Below are positions 61,101 to 64,000 of a DNA stretch of 64,000 nt, piece after piece. This DNA comes from Squalus acanthias. Taxonomy: Eukaryota. Position numbers and translations under genes: made by a program. How positions within the stretch are numbered: position 1 is the first letter of the stretch; each line of letters opens with the position of its first letter. The notes under the pieces were generated by a model. It searched no databases, was not told the origin of the DNA, and saw only the letters and a program-made list of their open reading frames with translations. Where the stretch lies: positions 1,428,001 through 1,492,000 of the forward strand of contig JASTWF010000033.1 in NCBI GenBank assembly GCA_030390025.1, given 5' to 3'.

Positions 61101-64000
61101 GGGTCCCGTCCTCGCTCCTGGGTCCCGTCCTCGCTCCTGGGTCCTGTCCTCGCACCTTGGTCTCGTCCTCGCTCCTGGGTCCCGTCCTCGCTCCTGGGTC
61201 CCGTGCTCGCTCCTGGGTCTCGTCCTCGCTCCTGGGTCCCGTCCTTGCTCCTGGGCCTCGGCCTCGCTCCCGGGTCCTGTCCTCGCTCCAGGGTCCCGTC
61301 CTCGCTCCTGGGTCTCGTCCTCGCTCCTGGGTCCTGTCCTCGCTCCAGGGTCCCGTCCTCGCTCCTGGGTCTCGTCCTCGCTCCTGGGTCCTGTCCTCGC
61401 TCCTGGGTCTTGTCCTGGCTCCTGGGTCCCGTCCTCGGTCCTGGGTCCCGTGCTTGCTCCTGGGTCCCGTCATCGCTCCTGGCCCTCGTCTTCGCTCCTG
61501 GGCCTCGTCCTCACTCCTGGGTCCCGTCCTCGCTCCTGGGTGCCGTCCTCGCTCCTGGGTACCGTCCTCGCTCCTGGGTGCCGTCCTCGCTCTTGGGTCC
61601 CGTCCTCGCTCCTGGGTGTCGTCCTCGCTCGTGGGTTCCGTCCTCGCTCGTGGGTCCCGTCCTCGCTCCTGGGTCTCGTCCGACCTCCTGGGTGTCGTCC
61701 TCGCTCGTGGGTTCCGTCCTCGCTCCTGGGTCCCGTCCTCGCTCCTGGGTCTCGTCCGACCTCCTGGGCCCCGTCCTTGCTCCTGGGTCCAGTCCTCACT
61801 CCTGGGTCCCGCCCTCACTCCTGGGTCCCGCCCTCACTCCTGGGTCCCGCCCTCACTCCTGGGTCCCGCCCTCACTCCTGGTTTCCGCCCTCGCTCCTGG
61901 GTCCCGTGCTCGCTCCTGGGTACTGTCCTCGCTCCTGGGCCTCGTTATCACTCCTGGGCCTCGTCCTCGCTCCTGGGCCTCGGCCTCGCTCCCGGGTCCT
62001 GTCCTCGCTCTTGGGTCCCGTGCTCGCTCCTGGGTCTCATCCTTGCTCCTGTGTCTCGTCCTCGCTCCTGGGTCCGGTCCTCGCTCCTGGGTCCCGTCCT
62101 CGCTCCTGGGTCCCGTCCTCGCTCATGGGTCCCGTGCTCGCTCCTGGTTCCCGTCCTCGCTCCTGGGCTACGGTCTCGCTCCTGGGTCCCGTCCTCGCTC
62201 CTGGGTCCCGTGCTCGCTCCTGAGTCTCATCCTTGCCCCTGTGTCTCGTCCTCGCTCCTGGGCTACGTCCTCGCTCCTGGGTCCAGTGCTCGCTCCTGGT
62301 TCCCGTCCTCGCTCCTGGGTCCCGTCCTCGCTCCTGGCTCCCCTCCTCGCTCCTGGGTCCCGTCCTCGCTCCTGGGCTACGTCCTCGCTCCTGGGTCCCG
62401 TCCTCGCTCCTGGGTCCCGTCCTCGCTCCTGGGTCCCTTCCTAGCTCCTGGGTCCCGTCCTCGCTCCTGGGTCTCGTCCTCGCTCCTGTGTCCCGTCCTC
62501 GCTCCTGGGTCTCGTCCTCGCTCCTGGGTCCTGTCATCACACCTGGGTCTCGTCCTCGCTCCTGGGTCCTGTCCTCGCACCTTGGTCTCGTCCTTGCTCC
62601 TGGGTCCCGTCCTCGGTCCTGGGTCCCGTCCTCGCTCCTGGGTCCCTTCCTAGCTCCTGGGTCCCGTCCTCACTCCTGGGCCTCGTCCTCGCTCCTGGGT
62701 CCTGTCCTCGCTCCTGGGCCTTGGCCTCGCTCCTGGGTCCTGTCCTCGCTCCTGGGTCTCGTCCTCGCTCCTGGGACCCGTCCTCGCTCCTGCGCCTCGT
62801 CCTCGCTCCTGGGTCCCGTCCTCGCTCCTGGGTCCCTTCCTCGCTCCTGGGTCCCGTCCTCGCTCCTGGGTCTCGTCCTCGCTCCTGGGCCTCGTCCTCG
62901 CTCCTGGCTCCCGTCCTCGCTCCTGGGTCTTGTCCTCGCTCCTGTGTCCCGTCCTCGCTCCTGGGTCTCGTCCTCGCTCCTGGGTCCTGTCATCACACCT
63001 GGGTCTCGTCCTCGCTCCTGGGTCCTGTCCTCGCACCTTGGTCTCGTCCTCGCTCCTGGGTCCCGTCCTCGCTCCTGGGTCCCGTGCTCGCTCCTGGGTC
63101 TCGTCCTCGCTCCTGGGTCCCGTCCTTGCTCCTGGGCCTCGGCCTCGCTCCCGGGTCCTGTCCTCGCTCCAGGGTCCCGTCCTCGCTCCTGGGTCTCGTC
63201 CTCGCTCCTGGGTCTCGTCCTCGCTCCTGGGTCCTGTCCTCGCTCCTGGGTCTCGTCCTGGCTCCTGGGTCCCGTCCTCGGTCCTGGGTCCCGTGCTTGC
63301 TCCAGGGTCCCGTCATCGCTCCTGGCCCTCGTCTTCGCTCCTGGGCCTCGTCCTCACTCCTGGGTCCTGTCCTCGCTCCTGGGTCCCGTCCTCGCTCCTG
63401 GGTCCTGTGCTCGCTCCTGGGTCCTGTGCTCGCTCCTGGGTCCCGTCCTCGCTCCTGGGCCTCGTCCTCACTCCTGGGTCCCGTCCTCGCTCCTGGGTGC
63501 CCGTCCTCGCTCCTGGGTCCCGTCCTCGCTCCTGGGTCCTGTGCTCGCTCCTGGGTCTCGTCCTCGCTCCTGGGTGTCGTCCTCGCTCCTGGGTCCCGTC
63601 CTCGCTCCTGGGTCTCATCCTCGCTCCTGGGCCCCGTCCTCGCTCCTGGGTCCAGTCCTCACTCCTGGGTCCCGCCCTCACTCCTGGGTCCCGCCCTCAC
63701 TCCTGGGTCCCGCCCTCACTCCTGGGTCCCGCCCTCACTCCTGGTTCTTGCCCTCGCTCCTGGGTCCCGTGCTCGCTCCTGGGTCCTGTCCTCGCTCCTG
63801 GGCCTCGTCCTCGCTCCTGAGTCCCGTCCTCGCTCATGGGTCCCGCCCTCGCTCCTGGGCTTCGTCCTCGCTCCTGGGTCCCGCCCTCACTCCTGGGTCC
63901 CGCCCTCGCTCCTGTGTGCCGTGCTCGCTCCTGGGTCCCGCCCTCGCTCCTGGGTCCCGCCCTCACTCCTGGGTCCCGCCCTCACTCCTTGGTCCCGTCC
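46160..64000. repeat. 19-bp GC-rich satellite (CGTCCTCGCTCCTGGGTCC)n, ~940 copies, with higher-order duplications
   Basis: 19-bp period throughout, with degenerate monomers from ~46110; continues past the window end. Confidence 0.97.

Noticed and set aside
46027..63966. Giant ORFs (up to 1469 aa) as real genes
   Set aside because: They arise in all frames from a stop-free 19-bp monomer; indels shift frames freely; no domain content.

Overview
Eukaryotic, repeat-saturated vertebrate DNA. The CR1, RTE, Penelope and DeuSINE content points to a cartilaginous fish (shark); that assignment is inference. No intact host protein-coding gene was found. The window has three zones. (1) 1-13172 is a 68-bp satellite (~190+ copies, running off the left edge) whose monomer is a piece of CR1 LINE ORF2 and which runs seamlessly into its parent CR1 copy. 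(2) 13.2-46.1 kb is a nest of decayed CR1 LINEs, one RTE LINE, Penelope pieces with hammerhead-ribozyme motifs, DeuSINEs, a 4.1-kb PIF/Harbinger transposon (deleted transposase plus a 3-exon Myb/SANT-like gene), a related 764-bp MITE, and seven tRNA-gene relics in ~9 kb. (3) 46.1-64 kb is a GC/CpG-rich 19-bp satellite (~940 copies, running off the right edge) with kb-scale higher-order duplications. The giant ORFs in both satellites are repeat artefacts. All calls come from reading the sequence by eye; no database search was run.
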